From Owenia fusiformis (Eukaryota), in the NCBI GenBank assembly GCA_903813345.2, contig CAIIXF020000001.1, forward strand, positions 26,722,001-26,786,000: a stretch of 64,000 bases of DNA. The letters run 5' to 3'. Under the pieces are notes generated by a model. That model made no database searches. It was not told the DNA's origin and saw only the letters and a program-made list of their open reading frames with translations. Numbering within the stretch: the first letter of the stretch is position 1; the number at the start of each line of letters is the position of its first letter. The translations under genes were made by a program, and so were the position numbers. Positions 41,901 to 54,000 of this stretch are shown one piece after another.

Positions 41901-41998
41901 ACACCACTGACGTTGATATATTCTGACTTCTGCGGTAGAAGGAGTTGATCGAGGATATCTAGCGTCCCATCCTTATATCGAATAGCTTCTAGAGACAT
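29956..41998 (-). CDS. MRI1: Methylthioribose-1-phosphate isomerase (methionine salvage), 356 aa
   Basis: Exons 41998-41867, 37922-37687, 37404-37235, 36785-36384, 30086-29956 total 1071 nt in frame. Motifs [84 protein letters not shown]. Confidence 0.97.
31246..35313. mobile_element. TTAA-flanked foldback element (Kolobok-like ends) made of two inverted satellite arrays
   Basis: Unique ~90-bp inverted ends (TGTCACAATATAGGGTAG... / ...CTACCCTATATCGTGACA); TTAA at 31242-31245 and 35314-35317. Confidence 0.75.
31366..35195. repeat. ~84-bp satellite: about 21 copies forward then about 24 copies inverted, switching near 33165
   Basis: CGATAGATTTT recurs with an 84-nt period (32547, 32631); the orientation flips at 33163-33170. 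Confidence 0.97.
39069..39780. mobile_element. Degenerate MITE
   Basis: Inverted ends ACCCATGTACGT..ACAGTCTTTGAAGGGTTCAAT / ATTGAACCTTTCAAAGACTGT..ACGTACATGGGT. Confidence 0.6.
40504..40917. mobile_element. Palindromic MITE with TTAA TSD (Kolobok-type)
   Basis: TTAA|GGACAGGGTGCATG...CATGCACCCTGACC|TTAA; ~200-bp arms. Confidence 0.85.
41071..41788. mobile_element. MITE with ~90-bp TIRs and subterminal CATGACCGTGG repeats
   Basis: CTATCTATTGCAAGACTAACGCCTGG / CCAGGCGTTAGTCTTGCAACAGATAG; lies ~80 nt from the MRI1 exon-1 donor. Confidence 0.85.
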
Positions 41999-44699
41999 TC
42001 TTACACGCGAAAATCACACTTTATAATTGAACGTCGGACTCACTCAGATGAATTAGTGAGTAAGAATAGGCAATTAACTACACCAAAACTGGCTATAGCG
42101 AGATTTATACTGAACGAAATATGCAGTTTTTATGAGGATAAAACCGGGAAGAAAATAAAACATAGGGTCTTAAGACGACGTTCTCATGAAGAATACCCTA
42201 AGTAGCCTGACTAGAATGAACAGGCCAGAACACTCTCTCACAAGCATTAGTTTAAGAGGGACTCTTGATAAATCAATGGTTTTGCCTTTTCCTTTCATCA
42301 GTGTTAAAATATAGGGACAGAAAATATTGGCATTTACGTGTCGTTTTTTCGTTTTGTTAATAAAGACAATATTTAGGGAAATAGATTGAAGAAACTCTTG
42401 TTGTCATGAAGAATGAATAATATTTATTTGTAAGCTTAGGCATATTCCTACTTTACCTATATAAAGGTTGTGTAATAAATCGCCGGGCCCTCTCTCTGAA
42501 CAACAAAACGTGGTAGCGTGGCTAGGGCCGGGAATATTATGAAACTAAATTTCGACTTGATCTTGAATTGAGTTAATCAAATTATTTGCTTGGTCATTAA
42601 GGGAAAATTTGGAATAATATTAATACCGGAAGGTGCTGACACCTTTAATTGACAAACTAGATTGAAAATAGTGCAAACTGTGGGAGGGGGTGATTGCAAT
42701 ATATAATGATATAATTGGAATCTCTAACACAACATGCACCTAAGTATTCTCAACAGATCGCAATAATGAGCTTGATATGACCCCTTAAATATATGGGTTT
42801 TAAATGAAGATGATACAATCTGTTGAAAATAAACTTTAGATCAAATTGACCACCTTTTACGCAAAACAACAGACAAAGAAATTAAGATTATATAATTTTA
42901 ATGATGATATAAATCTGAATATATAGAACATAATGTATAAAATGGTATAATTACAAAGATAACAATTATGTTTTTTTCCTGATTTGTGCCCCAGAAAATT
43001 TAAATGGCTGCCTAAAGTGGGACTTTGCTGTAACTTATAATCTCTTCAAAGTATGGTTACATTACATTAGATTTGAGCCTTTGAAACTTCTAAATGGTCA
43101 TCCGAATTCTTATATTGGTGGAAATTCTGATATATCTCCAGTGTCTGTCTTTTATTATGTGCATATCAAGGGTAGAGTAGATGGTAAATACTACAATATG
43201 ATATATACAGATTCGTGCATGTAATGTTCATTGGGATTTGCTACTCCGTGGAGTTGCTGATTTCTGGTATTGTTGTTCCAATTTCAGAGGGACCGAATGG
43301 CAGAAGTTTCATTCAAGAATAATCTAACAAGGCATTAACATGCAAAATGTCACCACCTGCCATTTTTTACAGACATCAAGCATTAAACACCATCCACTTT
43401 AACAATATGTCACCACTTGTGATGGCGACATAATAAACCAACTAACACATGTAACAGAATATATAATTCTATTAATTATTGTATTCCTTCTTCATTTATT
43501 TCAGAGTACAACAATTTTCATTACAAAATGTAGATGTATTGATGATAGTTGCTGCCATGGTAGTAAACAGTAAACAATCATCACATTTCTTATTGCAGTT
43601 GAAAATTATGCCTTCATTAGATCACAGAACAAAAAAAACTGCAATTTCCATGGGAAAAATAATATATTTATTGAAAAAATCAAACAGATTTTCTGTATTT
43701 TAAATATTTTGTCTTTGGATGCATCCACAATTCCAGATGCAGTCAAAGTAAAAATTGAAATGAAACTTAAAGATAAAGAAGGAGATTATTTAATGTTGTT
43801 CCAGAACACTTTATTTTGTGCTCTCTGAAACATTACAATATACTATGTACATTATGAACACAATGCATTTGATATAAATAAAGCTATCAACGTACATTGA
43901 CCACTTCCTCTCAATAATTATAACACCAAAATAATATAGGAAGGAGACAGAAATTAGAAATGTCCAATGGACTCAAAATCAAATATTTGAAAAAATATAT
44001 GCTAAAGAAACAAAATAAATTGTATACTGAACAGACTCTTACAGTGGATACTTCATAATATGACTTCTGATTATCTATATAATACAAGCATGTGTTTGAT
44101 AAATCAGACCATGTCATATCATTAAATGTTTTGATTGATTTTAAGCTTTTTAAGCTTGCAAATTAACTAAATGGGTCACCAAAAATAAAATTAGACATTG
44201 AAATTTTATGGTTTGAAACCTTCTCTCACAATTCATCTCATCTCAAACCATTTACTTTACTTTATATAAACAGTTCATATGTTTGACCTTTTACATTCAT
44301 CTCTTTAAGATCTGTACAATGGCAAACATTCTCATAATGGCATTCTTCCTCAAACTGACAACATGCAAATACACACTTTAAAATTATAGGAGCTCATAAT
44401 TGTCATTTTCAGACCAGATGATCTAAGCTCCAATCACATGACTGGAGGATGGTGATATCAGCCTTTTCATTGTTTTTGGTCATAAATCCAATATGATTAA
44501 TGATAGTCAATTTGCTTTATCACAATTTGTTCCATATATCTGCATCCTCAACACAGTTGGATTCAGTATACTTTTGAATCCATAGTGTTATAAGTATATA
44601 TACATGTGCCTACATGTCCCTTCATGTTATCAGTAGAGTAATACCCTATAATATTTACAAGTAGAAATCCTCTGCCATGCCTAATAGCATGGCCTGTTG

Positions 44700-47408
44700 C
44701 TATGCATTTGCGCTTTCACAAGCATCAATCCAGTCACTGTATACATCTACAGCTTCTGAAAGATCTGGTTGATAGTTAAGAAATTTTAAATAAATTAATA
44801 TCACTATTCAGAATTCCAAAGCAATTTCATAGCATGACTTTGGGCAGAATGCATTCTAAAACATGGGCATCCACATTGAGTGTGACTGCACCCCCCCCCC
44901 TTTTTTGACTCAAACCCTGGGGATTTCCTTCATGCTGAGGAGTAGGAAAGAAGAACTATGTGCTCTGGCAAGGTAGAGAAAGCCATGCTTCAAGTGCAAT
45001 CTATGATCAGTTATAGCAAAAAATGTACTATAACACACATAAAAATGGTTACCATTTTTCAAAATGGCTACTTACAATGTGTTAAAAAATAGATTAGGTA
45101 CTTAATCAATATCCTATACAATTGTTGCATTAAAAACATTTTTACAGTTCATATTATTGTGACTAAAATACTGTAAAATTGACACTAAATAGCAGCCATT
45201 TTGAAACCAGTGGCCATATTCAGAATCAGCTTTCTAGTAGAACTTATAAACTCATATACTTATAGGTCATATGTAATTAAAAAAATATAAACAATACTGT
45301 GCCAATGGTATTTGCGTTATTGCCAAGACAGCTAGACAAATCCATTCTAGAATGGTCATCTTCTTTTATAGCATTATAATATAATGCACTCAAAATTAAT
45401 TGATTGACATTTAAGGTAAACTGATCAATGGTTTCAGTATTATGGTAACCTACCTCTAAATGCTGAAACTATCTTAAACGATACCAAAATTATGCAAAAA
45501 AGTTTTTATGGCACCATTTCAAAAGCAGATAACGATATGCTATGAAGTATGAACCAGAAACACATTTCTTGCAAGAATTAGTTGCAACTTGTAATATAAC
45601 ACAAATACAAAATTCAAAAGGATACAATTAATATTGGTCTGAAAGTCTTCTAGGCAAACTGTGCACGATATCATCCCAGTATTCCGCTGACGATCCCTGA
45701 AACAATATTATTTGGCATTTAAACAAAATTTCTTCTCAAGTTTGATCTGCATTTTTAAAGACCAGGGATTGTTCAGTAGCAACATTCAGTATCAAGTAGA
45801 ACCTGAAACTAACATATGATGGACTCAGGTAGAACTGAGTTTAGATTTACAATGACAGAGACTAGCATAGGTTTTCATACTTTTAATCAAAATGTTGAAA
45901 TGCTGTTTGAAGCTGTGAAAGGTGGTGGAAATTTGGAATTCATCATATTGTAAAATATGACTTATACTTCAAATCATACTTAAAGGCTGACAATCGAACT
46001 GTCGTATTGAGGAACAAAAAGGAAGTAAAACATAAAAATAAGCGTAAGAACATGTCACTCACAGACATTTGAATATGCAACCACCATCTGGTGTTGGAAC
46101 TGATAAAAATTATTAACAAAATTTGACATTTCAGATATTTTTTACTTTGTAAATGTAAGCTGCGATGTGGCTCGTTCGAGCTGTTTTTGGTGTCAGACAA
46201 AAGTTTGAGTACTGAACAATCCGTTTGATATTCTTGGATGATGAAAAGTTAATTTTAACAAATACTGAAAAGTATGCCCGGGGATGTATAGATTCTGTGT
46301 TTTGAAATATGTTAACTTAGATATTTCAATTATTTTTCAACGGTACACCAAAGTATGCGACAAAAACTTGAGTGGGCTACAGATATTTAAAGATAGAGTG
46401 TGGCATGACATACTGTACTCCGGGTATTGTTCGCGTGCGATTTAATTTCGCTTTGTTCGCGAATGTAGTAAAATCGCGAACATTTATCCATGCGAAATTT
46501 GTCTTTTAAATCCCCAGGGATTTGACCCGGGACTTTTGATATGTTTCGTTCGGTGTTAAACGTTTCTCCAGCGTTGTTGGGCGATAATTAACATGGGGTA
46601 TTGTTCAATTTTATATCAACAATTGATGTACTTGCTAAGCTCATGCATTTGTAAAAAGGCATGTAATTATATTAATATTATCAAGAGCTGTAGGAAAAAA
46701 TTCAACTTGTGTAATCCGCGAGATGTCATCAACTCAAATCCGCGAAATTGAATAGGCGCGAAATTGCAATTTTAAAAAATCGCGAAATTTTATAGCGTCA
46801 AAATTTACCAGGAGTACACAGTGGCGGATCCATGAACCAACAAGGGGGGGGGCCCAAATTTGAGAATATAGAAAAAACCTCCGCGCTTGCGCGGAAAAAA
46901 ATTTTGGGCCCCTAAAACCGAAAAAGTGGGCCCAAATTTTGAAAATTTGAGGCCCATTTTCTTCCAAATTTGGCCTAAATTAAAAAAATAAGGCCTTAGA
47001 AGGCCCAATAATGACCAAAAGGCCCACTTTTTGGGGCCTTAAGGCCTTTTTTGGCCTAAAATTTTTTTGGACCCAACTTTTTTTTTTTTGGGCCAACCTT
47101 AGGGGGGGGGGCCCGGGCCCCATGGGCCCCCCCCCCGGATCCGCCATAGGTACAGTAATCTGAATATCCATTTGTAATTCAATCAGATCCTTATATATCT
47201 GTCAATTAAACATCAAAGGCTTAGGTTCCATAAGTTTCACCAAAGTTCTATATATCAAACAAATAATGGTAGAATATCAATGACCAACTCACAATGTTAC
47301 TTCACATGATTTCTCGTGGTTACAAAAGGGGCAGTTGAATGTCTTGGGCAGGGGCTCTATAACTTTCCTTTTGGGAGGTGGTTTATTTGCCTTCTTCCTT
47401 CGTCCCAT
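44700..47408 (-). CDS. ELOF1: Transcription elongation factor 1 homolog (zinc ribbon), 83 aa
   Basis: Exons 47408-47293, 45696-45626, 44764-44700 total 252 nt: [75 protein letters not shown]. Confidence 0.97.
44765..45625 (-). other. U12-type (minor spliceosome) GT-AG intron in ELOF1
   Basis: Donor GTATCCTTT; branch site TTTCTTAAC about 10 nt before the AG; no polypyrimidine tract. Confidence 0.9.
46413..47155. mobile_element. TA-flanked MITE (CTGTA...TACAG) with TTCGCG subterminal repeats
   Basis: TA|CTGTACTCCGGGTA...TACCAGGAGTACAG|TA once the nested element is removed. Confidence 0.75.
46819..47149. mobile_element. Short hAT-type element with 5-bp TSD (GTACA), nested in the MITE end
   Basis: CAGTGGCGGATCC...GGATCCGCCATAG; GGGCCC-rich interior; GTACA on both sides. 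Confidence 0.75.
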
Positions 47409-47498
47409 TTCTTCTGTCCTGCAAACAGACCAATAGACAGTGGTTCTCAAAAACATCAACAATTTAAGTCCATGCCTGTAGTACATGTAAGTCTGATT

Positions 47499-48074
47499 TA
47501 CCTCTTACAAAGGCTGCTGACTAGTCTGATAGGACAGCCTTTGCTCGCCCCCTATCAGTCGCTTCAGAATTGTGGCGGCTGAAACTGAAATAAGCTGCTT
47601 ACTTTATATCTCTAAATGTTTCTTACATCTCCATTTGCAAAAGTTTGTAAGTTATTAGGTGCTTCTGTGCTGATCAGGACTTCTCTAATCTTGAGTGGTT
47701 ATTTTTTACCAAGAAACCAAAATGGCAAAAGTAGCATTCAAAATCTCCAGAAATTTCCAAATGAGAGCTACCGGAAGATCAGCAATTTGTTAAAGTTCAT
47801 TTGGAAATCTTCGGAGATTTCAAACCTACTTAGTGAATTTCCATCAATCTACCAGTTCCATTAATCAGAGGAAAATATCAACTTGAAGATGACGTCCTGA
47901 TCATCACAGAAGTCGCTGATAACTTACAGACTTTTGCAAACAGAAATGTAGGGAACATTTGAAGATATAAACCAAGCAGCTGATTTCAGTTACACCACCA
48001 CAATTCTGAGTGACTGAGTGAAGGGAGTGATATGCATAGCCTGCTCCGTCAGATCAGTCATCCCTTCAAATGTA
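47499..48074. mobile_element. Old long-TIR MITE with 8-10-bp TSD (Mutator-like)
   Basis: Degenerate inverted arms of ~200 bp; AAGTCTGATT at 47489-47498 and 48075-48084. Confidence 0.7.
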
Positions 48075-48149
48075 AAGTCTGATTAAAAAGTTGAATTTTG
48101 GGTTAAAAAACAAGTCTGTTAAAATTTTATTAATTGAGAAAAATTAACG

Positions 48150-48750
48150 CACTTCACTCATTTACTTTAGGTATAGAATAGATTGTCATTTGACGTCCCG
48201 CCCTATTATCGCCCATCTTGCGAATAAATAAATTATTACGAAAAATACCAACAAGTACATTTATCAAATATTTTGAAAGCAAACTCCAAATTCAAGTTAT
48301 AAATTATTTCTATATATCGCAATAAACATTTAGTCTTAGCTTGGTATGTATAATCTGTATATCTACCTAAATAAACGCCGAAATGTTGTGAAAATAGAAA
48401 ACGCGCTTTTCACAAGGAATGTGTCTAAAATTTCTCTGGTAGAGATGAAACGGATAAAATGTAAAAAGTTATTTCAATTCAGCTGAATTTCGAAAAACTG
48501 TTGTCATGAATTAAATTGAAAAATAGTTTTTAACATGTTGTAATAGTTTACATATTTCTATCTACGTATTTTTGGATTCCATGAAACCTTTTGTGCGTTT
48601 GAACTATTTCGTTTCAGAAAAAAGTTTAAAACTGGAGTTAAAAACCGGAAATGTCTAGCCTACAAAATTTCAAGAGTTTCTACTAGACTAACTTTGAGAG
48701 ATTATCTTGAAAGAGTGCTTCCCTGTTGGTACCATCCTACTTGGGTGAGT
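48150..48750. promoter_or_regulatory. Putative shared promoter region between divergent ELOF1 and caspase genes
   Basis: Head-to-head genes whose first coding exons both have upstream acceptors; TGACGTCCCGCCC (CRE-like plus GC box) near 48191; candidate non-coding exon donor GGGTGAGT near 48743. Inference only. Confidence 0.35.
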
Positions 48751-50329
48751 TTGGCGTAAGTTATGCCGAGTTTACATTATATTTATTTGTAGTGAAGTTT
48801 GTGGCGTTAGAATAACGTCTGAATATTGTAATGTCTGAGTTTCAAATTGAAAATCATTTTCATTTTCTTTAAGATTTTCGACATCTAAAAAGTCACTAGA
48901 CTTTTTTTGTGATTTTGAATCACAGAAAGCATTCTGAAGTTTCAAATTGTCTGCACGTTTAATCTTTGGCATCCGCCTAATGTACAGATGTATACCACTT
49001 ACCTTTCATTGATTCTTTCATAAGTTTCGTCATAAACTCATTTTGACCAGAAGTATCTTTGTTGCCGCTCCTTACTTCGGTCCAAAGCCTTCTCTATATT
49101 CCGGCTTTGAGGAGGAAGATTGAGCTGCCTTAGTATTATAAATATTGTAAATCATTGTGTCACACGCACAGTAAATATGGCATAATAATATGAAATATAC
49201 CTTTATGTATAGATTTGAAGAACATCAGCTCACATCCCCCTCTGAATCTATTGTTATATTTGATTTCTTTAAGCGAGAATAATTTCAAATGTTATTCACG
49301 TCCAGAACCGGAAGCCATTTTTAGCTACAGCGAGAAAATTTCACCATGTGTCAAACTCCGAAATGAAATTTTGAAATATCTAAATCCAGATAAGCAACGC
49401 TTCATCCTAAATATGATTAATATTCTTAAAAATATTTATAAAATTTATTAAAAATGAGTTCTAGGTGCGTGTAGGTGCGTGTAGCACAGTACATACGAAA
49501 TCAATGAAGTTTCGTCTAGCTGTAAGCTAGAGACTCGAGTAAGCCGCTCCATCCATCGGCTATAAGCTTGGAGGAAATATATAGAATTTTGAAGTTTTGT
49601 CTGCACTTCACATTTCAAGTTCAATTTACGTAGTAATTGACACCGCCTCTAGTTTGCCTCACTGTTTCTCAAAAATATTCTCTCAAAATCAGGAAATACA
49701 GTAGGGTGATGAACAGGGAAATTTTGTAAGGAATTTCAGTAACAAAATATAAAAGTGACAACTTACACGAGTATAAAGATCCAATGGGTTCAATATCGAG
49801 TGAGAATTAGTAGTAAGGTACAATCATGGGCTTTCAAGAGAAGGGTATGCAACTCTGTGTTATAAACATGAGAACTTCAAAATGAGCAGTGCCATGCTTC
49901 CCTTTTTTCAATTATATTTCAAAGAGTTAGATAAATGTACATGTTTTAGTATTAGTCTTGAAGAAAAATCAAATTTGAATATGATTGAAGCATAAAACAT
50001 GTTAATCTCATTTAAAAGTACAAAAATACTGATAAGAAAAAGAGGTATCAAAATGTTCTCTTCGAATGTTGCACTGTGGGTAATTATTCAAGAACACATT
50101 CCAATAAAATTATAATTTGTGGGAGAATGTTCACTTTCATTATTGCTATAATTATGATGAATTCCATTTTATATTAAATTATCAACATGTATGCAGATAA
50201 TCATGTTTTTATTTTTGAGATACTTGTACATGAAAAGTACAAAATAAGATTTTTCTTGGAATGTGTACAGGAAGCGTTTTTTCTCCAATTTTGAAAACCC
50301 AAGACAATACTTTTGTATGAAATATATAA

Positions 50330-50470
50330 GGGTTATGTACTGGGAGGTTTTGGATACAGGGTTTATCCCAAGGTAAATATGTGTATCTCACGAGGGACCG
50401 CAGGGACCGAGGGAGATACACATATTTCCCGCGGGATAAACTCTGTATCCAAAACCGACAGTACATAACT
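50330..50470. repeat. ~140-bp hairpin (mini inverted-repeat element)
   Basis: GTTATGTACTG..GGTTTTGGATACAGGGTTTATCCC / GGGATAAACTCTGTATCCAAAACC..CAGTACATAAC. Confidence 0.8.
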
Positions 50471-51047
50471 GGTGTATCTGTAACATTTAAACTTTTTGAA
50501 AAATTTTAAACTTCTGAAATTAAAATTTTAAAATTTTTTAAACTTTTGAAAAAATTCCCGGGAGCGGGATGGATATATTATATCTGCCCGCATTTGGCCT
50601 AGAGCGGGACATATACAATATATCCTGCCTGCTCCTCAGATATGATATATATTCCCGGGTGATATCTACCCCAAACCCACTCAAGTATGAAATACATTAT
50701 TTATATATATTATTAATCTATAAGATATTGTTGCTAGTATTCTATTTATCCCCCAATAATACTGGTTGAACATTTTACACAAAACGAAACTCACAATCCC
50801 AGGAATTGACAGATTTAACAAATCCCCATGGTTTTGTATATATTTCGGACAATTATTTTTCATGATTTTATCACAAATTTCACAATTAAAGCAAAATTAA
50901 TTTGCATACAAGAAATACCAGCAGTACAGAATATGTATTTGTAGTATGTATTGTATAATGTGCATTGCTGTATGAATAATCTGTTTTTCAGATTTATCAT
51001 AATCATTTGTATGACATATAACTGAAGTCACAGCCAGAGAGAGATAT

Positions 51048-54000
51048 ATGTATACAATGGAAAAAGAGCATAAAACCCTTCTCCAAAGAAAGAGAGTAGA
51101 ACTTCTAGACATAAATGTCGGTCCAAAGTTCATGGGGTATCTCTTTGCTGTTGAAATACTATCCAGGGATATGAAAGAGGAACTGGAGGTATGTCCTAAA
51201 TATATGCATGATTTACTTAAGTTTTTTTGCTCACCATTATCATTGATCTTTGTCATAGTACTGTAAACACTGACAGACTATGGTGAAGTACTATATCTTG
51301 TAAATGTTTCCCATTGGAGTCCTTCAGTACTCTAATGATGTCACTTTTGGTATTTTTCTCACAATTGGCTTTTCTTCCTGAATTTCATAATTGGTGTTAA
51401 TCCCATCATCATTGTCATCAATGCCAACAGTCAGAAGGGTTTGGTTAAGGAGTGCACAGTGAAAACAGACCCTCCAGCTTTAAATTGATTAGAAATGCTT
51501 GCTCTTGTTTATGAGTATGTCCAGTGTTTGTATAATGTTACAGTTGCATTTTATGTTTTAGGCTATTCCAGAGCCAACTAGAAGGGCTTCAAGGTTCCTG
51601 GATCTGATTGTGAGAAGAGGACCCAAAGCCTTTAATGAACTGTATGAAGCTTTGATAAGGACATCTCAGGGAGATCTTGCAGATATCTTAAAGCCAGATC
51701 AGGCAGAAAAAAGACAGAAAGATGAGGATAGAAGAATTGAAGCAATGAAGGCAAGCATGCCTGCAAGTCCTAGCCATGGTAGTAGTCCATTAAGGAGGAG
51801 TGGAGACTCCTTCAGGGGACAACCAATTGACACTGCAAGTGAAGATGAACCTCTCCCTGAAGGTAATGACAATATACAGGCATTGTGTAAAGCATTGAAC
51901 TGTTTGAACTGCCTTGACATTTAATTTTGGGCCTATTGTCGTCTATTTAATTTGGTGGTTTTTCAAGTGTCCCTGACATTTTCATGTATTAACAAGATTG
52001 AAAATATTCATTGTCAGTGTTGTTGGTGAATAATTTCCTCAATATTTCTTGTTGTTTATATAAATTTCCTCAATATTTCTAGTTGTTTCTATCATTTTAA
52101 ACGGCTCAGATATCTTGGTATCTTTCTTATAACTGGAAATGGACCGAATGGAAAACATGTTGAATTCCTTGGGGTTTTGGTGATAATTTGATGATTTTTG
52201 CAATTCGCCAATTTAAAACGCTTGCCAAGTTAAAGACAAATACAGTACATTGTATTCCCTTCATACAAACTTTTTTTAGTGCAAATTATAACTCAACCCT
52301 TGTATAGGTAATTATCCCAACGAACGAAGTTCGGTAGGGATATAGTGAAGCCCTCCGTCCGTCCGTCTGTCCGTTCGTCAGTCCGTCAGTCAGTCCGTCC
52401 GTCTGTCCGGAAGATAACTCAAATACTAGTTGTTGGATGGTTGCACTGGAAATCTGTAATATCCACCTATTGTACACATGCTGTCATCATTGTTAATATA
52501 TGTTGTTCTTTTTCTTTTAGAATGGCCTCTGCCTAAAGATTCCTGGTCTGCTTTAGCTGAAATTAACAGCATGAAAGAGATGCGTATTCAATCACAAGCT
52601 TGGGAAGATCGTTACAATGGAAAAAACCCTGATGTATGTAGATCTTCTAACTTTATTTAAATTGAAAAACAGATTTTTTCAAAAATTGTAAACTGCTCAC
52701 ATAACATTGAATAACACTATTGGCAATTGGAGCTACCAAATAGTTATGTCCTGTTTAAGAACCCAATTTCTTACTCCATGTACTTATAATCCATAGTACT
52801 AATACTCTCTATCAATATTCCATTTGATTTGTTGAGACCCATTCACACATAGCTAGGTAAGGTGTGTCTGATTCCAGCCAATCGAAACACAGTATTTCAT
52901 ATGACTGCACTCATTAAATTACCAAAAAACACTCAAGGTCATCTGTTGCATAGGTGTCAAAGTGACAACTTGACTTGAAATTGATACTTTGCTAACTTAA
53001 CCCTTGCAAAAAGTTTCATTGAAAATATGTTCTTATAGTGATTTTGTATCCTTTAGGTGATAAGAAAATATTTTGCAATGTGTGAAGAGAATTTAAGCCC
53101 AAGACTCAATGCATTGTGAGTGATTCATTCCACACAAGCGTTGTTTCCTTTTAGCATTCGATGCTGCACATCTCATGCAACATTTGAAACAACAGCTTAA
53201 ATCCTTCATTCGATTTGAGTTTTTCTCAGATAATGAGGATTTCAGCAAGGGTGTACTGACATAACATGGGGATATAGACCATTGACTTAAGATGGGGATA
53301 TCATTATATAATCATGGGAATAGATACAAAATCCTCATTATCTCAAAAGAACTCAAGTTGAGATTCATGTCAGATAGCATAAGTGAAATCCTTTTTCAAT
53401 TGTGAAAATAATGGTACTTAGACAGGACAGCTTAACTGAGGGCCTTTTCATTTTTTGTTTGGTACTATTTTATTTTATAAATAGCAACACTTACAGAATG
53501 ATAGTGGCACCCAAAGCATTTTGCATCATTCCAATTTTAAAGGTAATTTATTCATAAAAATTGAAAATTGAAATTGATTCAAATGTTTTGAATTTTAATG
53601 AAGCCATCCACCTGGGAGTGCAGTATTACCATTTTTATCCTCTGTATGTTTTAATTCATGTATTCAATAAACAATTTTTCAGTATTACCCGATGAACTCC
53701 TCACCAAAAGGACGGATGATTATTATCAATAACAAGAATTTTGACAAATCTAAAGTCAAACTCAGTTATAGAGAAGGTACCGATAATGATGCTACCTGTC
53801 TTAGTCAACTCTTCAGGAAGTTAGGCTATTCTGTACAGGATAGTAAATCCTGGAAAGACTTAACTGCTAAAGTGAGTTAGATTATGTTCATGAATCTGTG
53901 AAAAAAAGATTTAAAAAAAATCAAAATGGCTGATATTTTGTGAGAAATAGTTTAAGTAGTTGATGGCCTTTTATAGTTTTCATCAAATAAATCTTTTATT

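Noticed and set aside
44766..47292. Intronic snoRNA in ELOF1
   Set aside because: No convincing C/D or H/ACA box arrangement with a terminal stem seen by eye; an Infernal/Rfam search would be needed.
51011..51025. Four-codon upstream ORF before the caspase start
   Set aside because: Expected by chance in AT-rich sequence; no supporting evidence.
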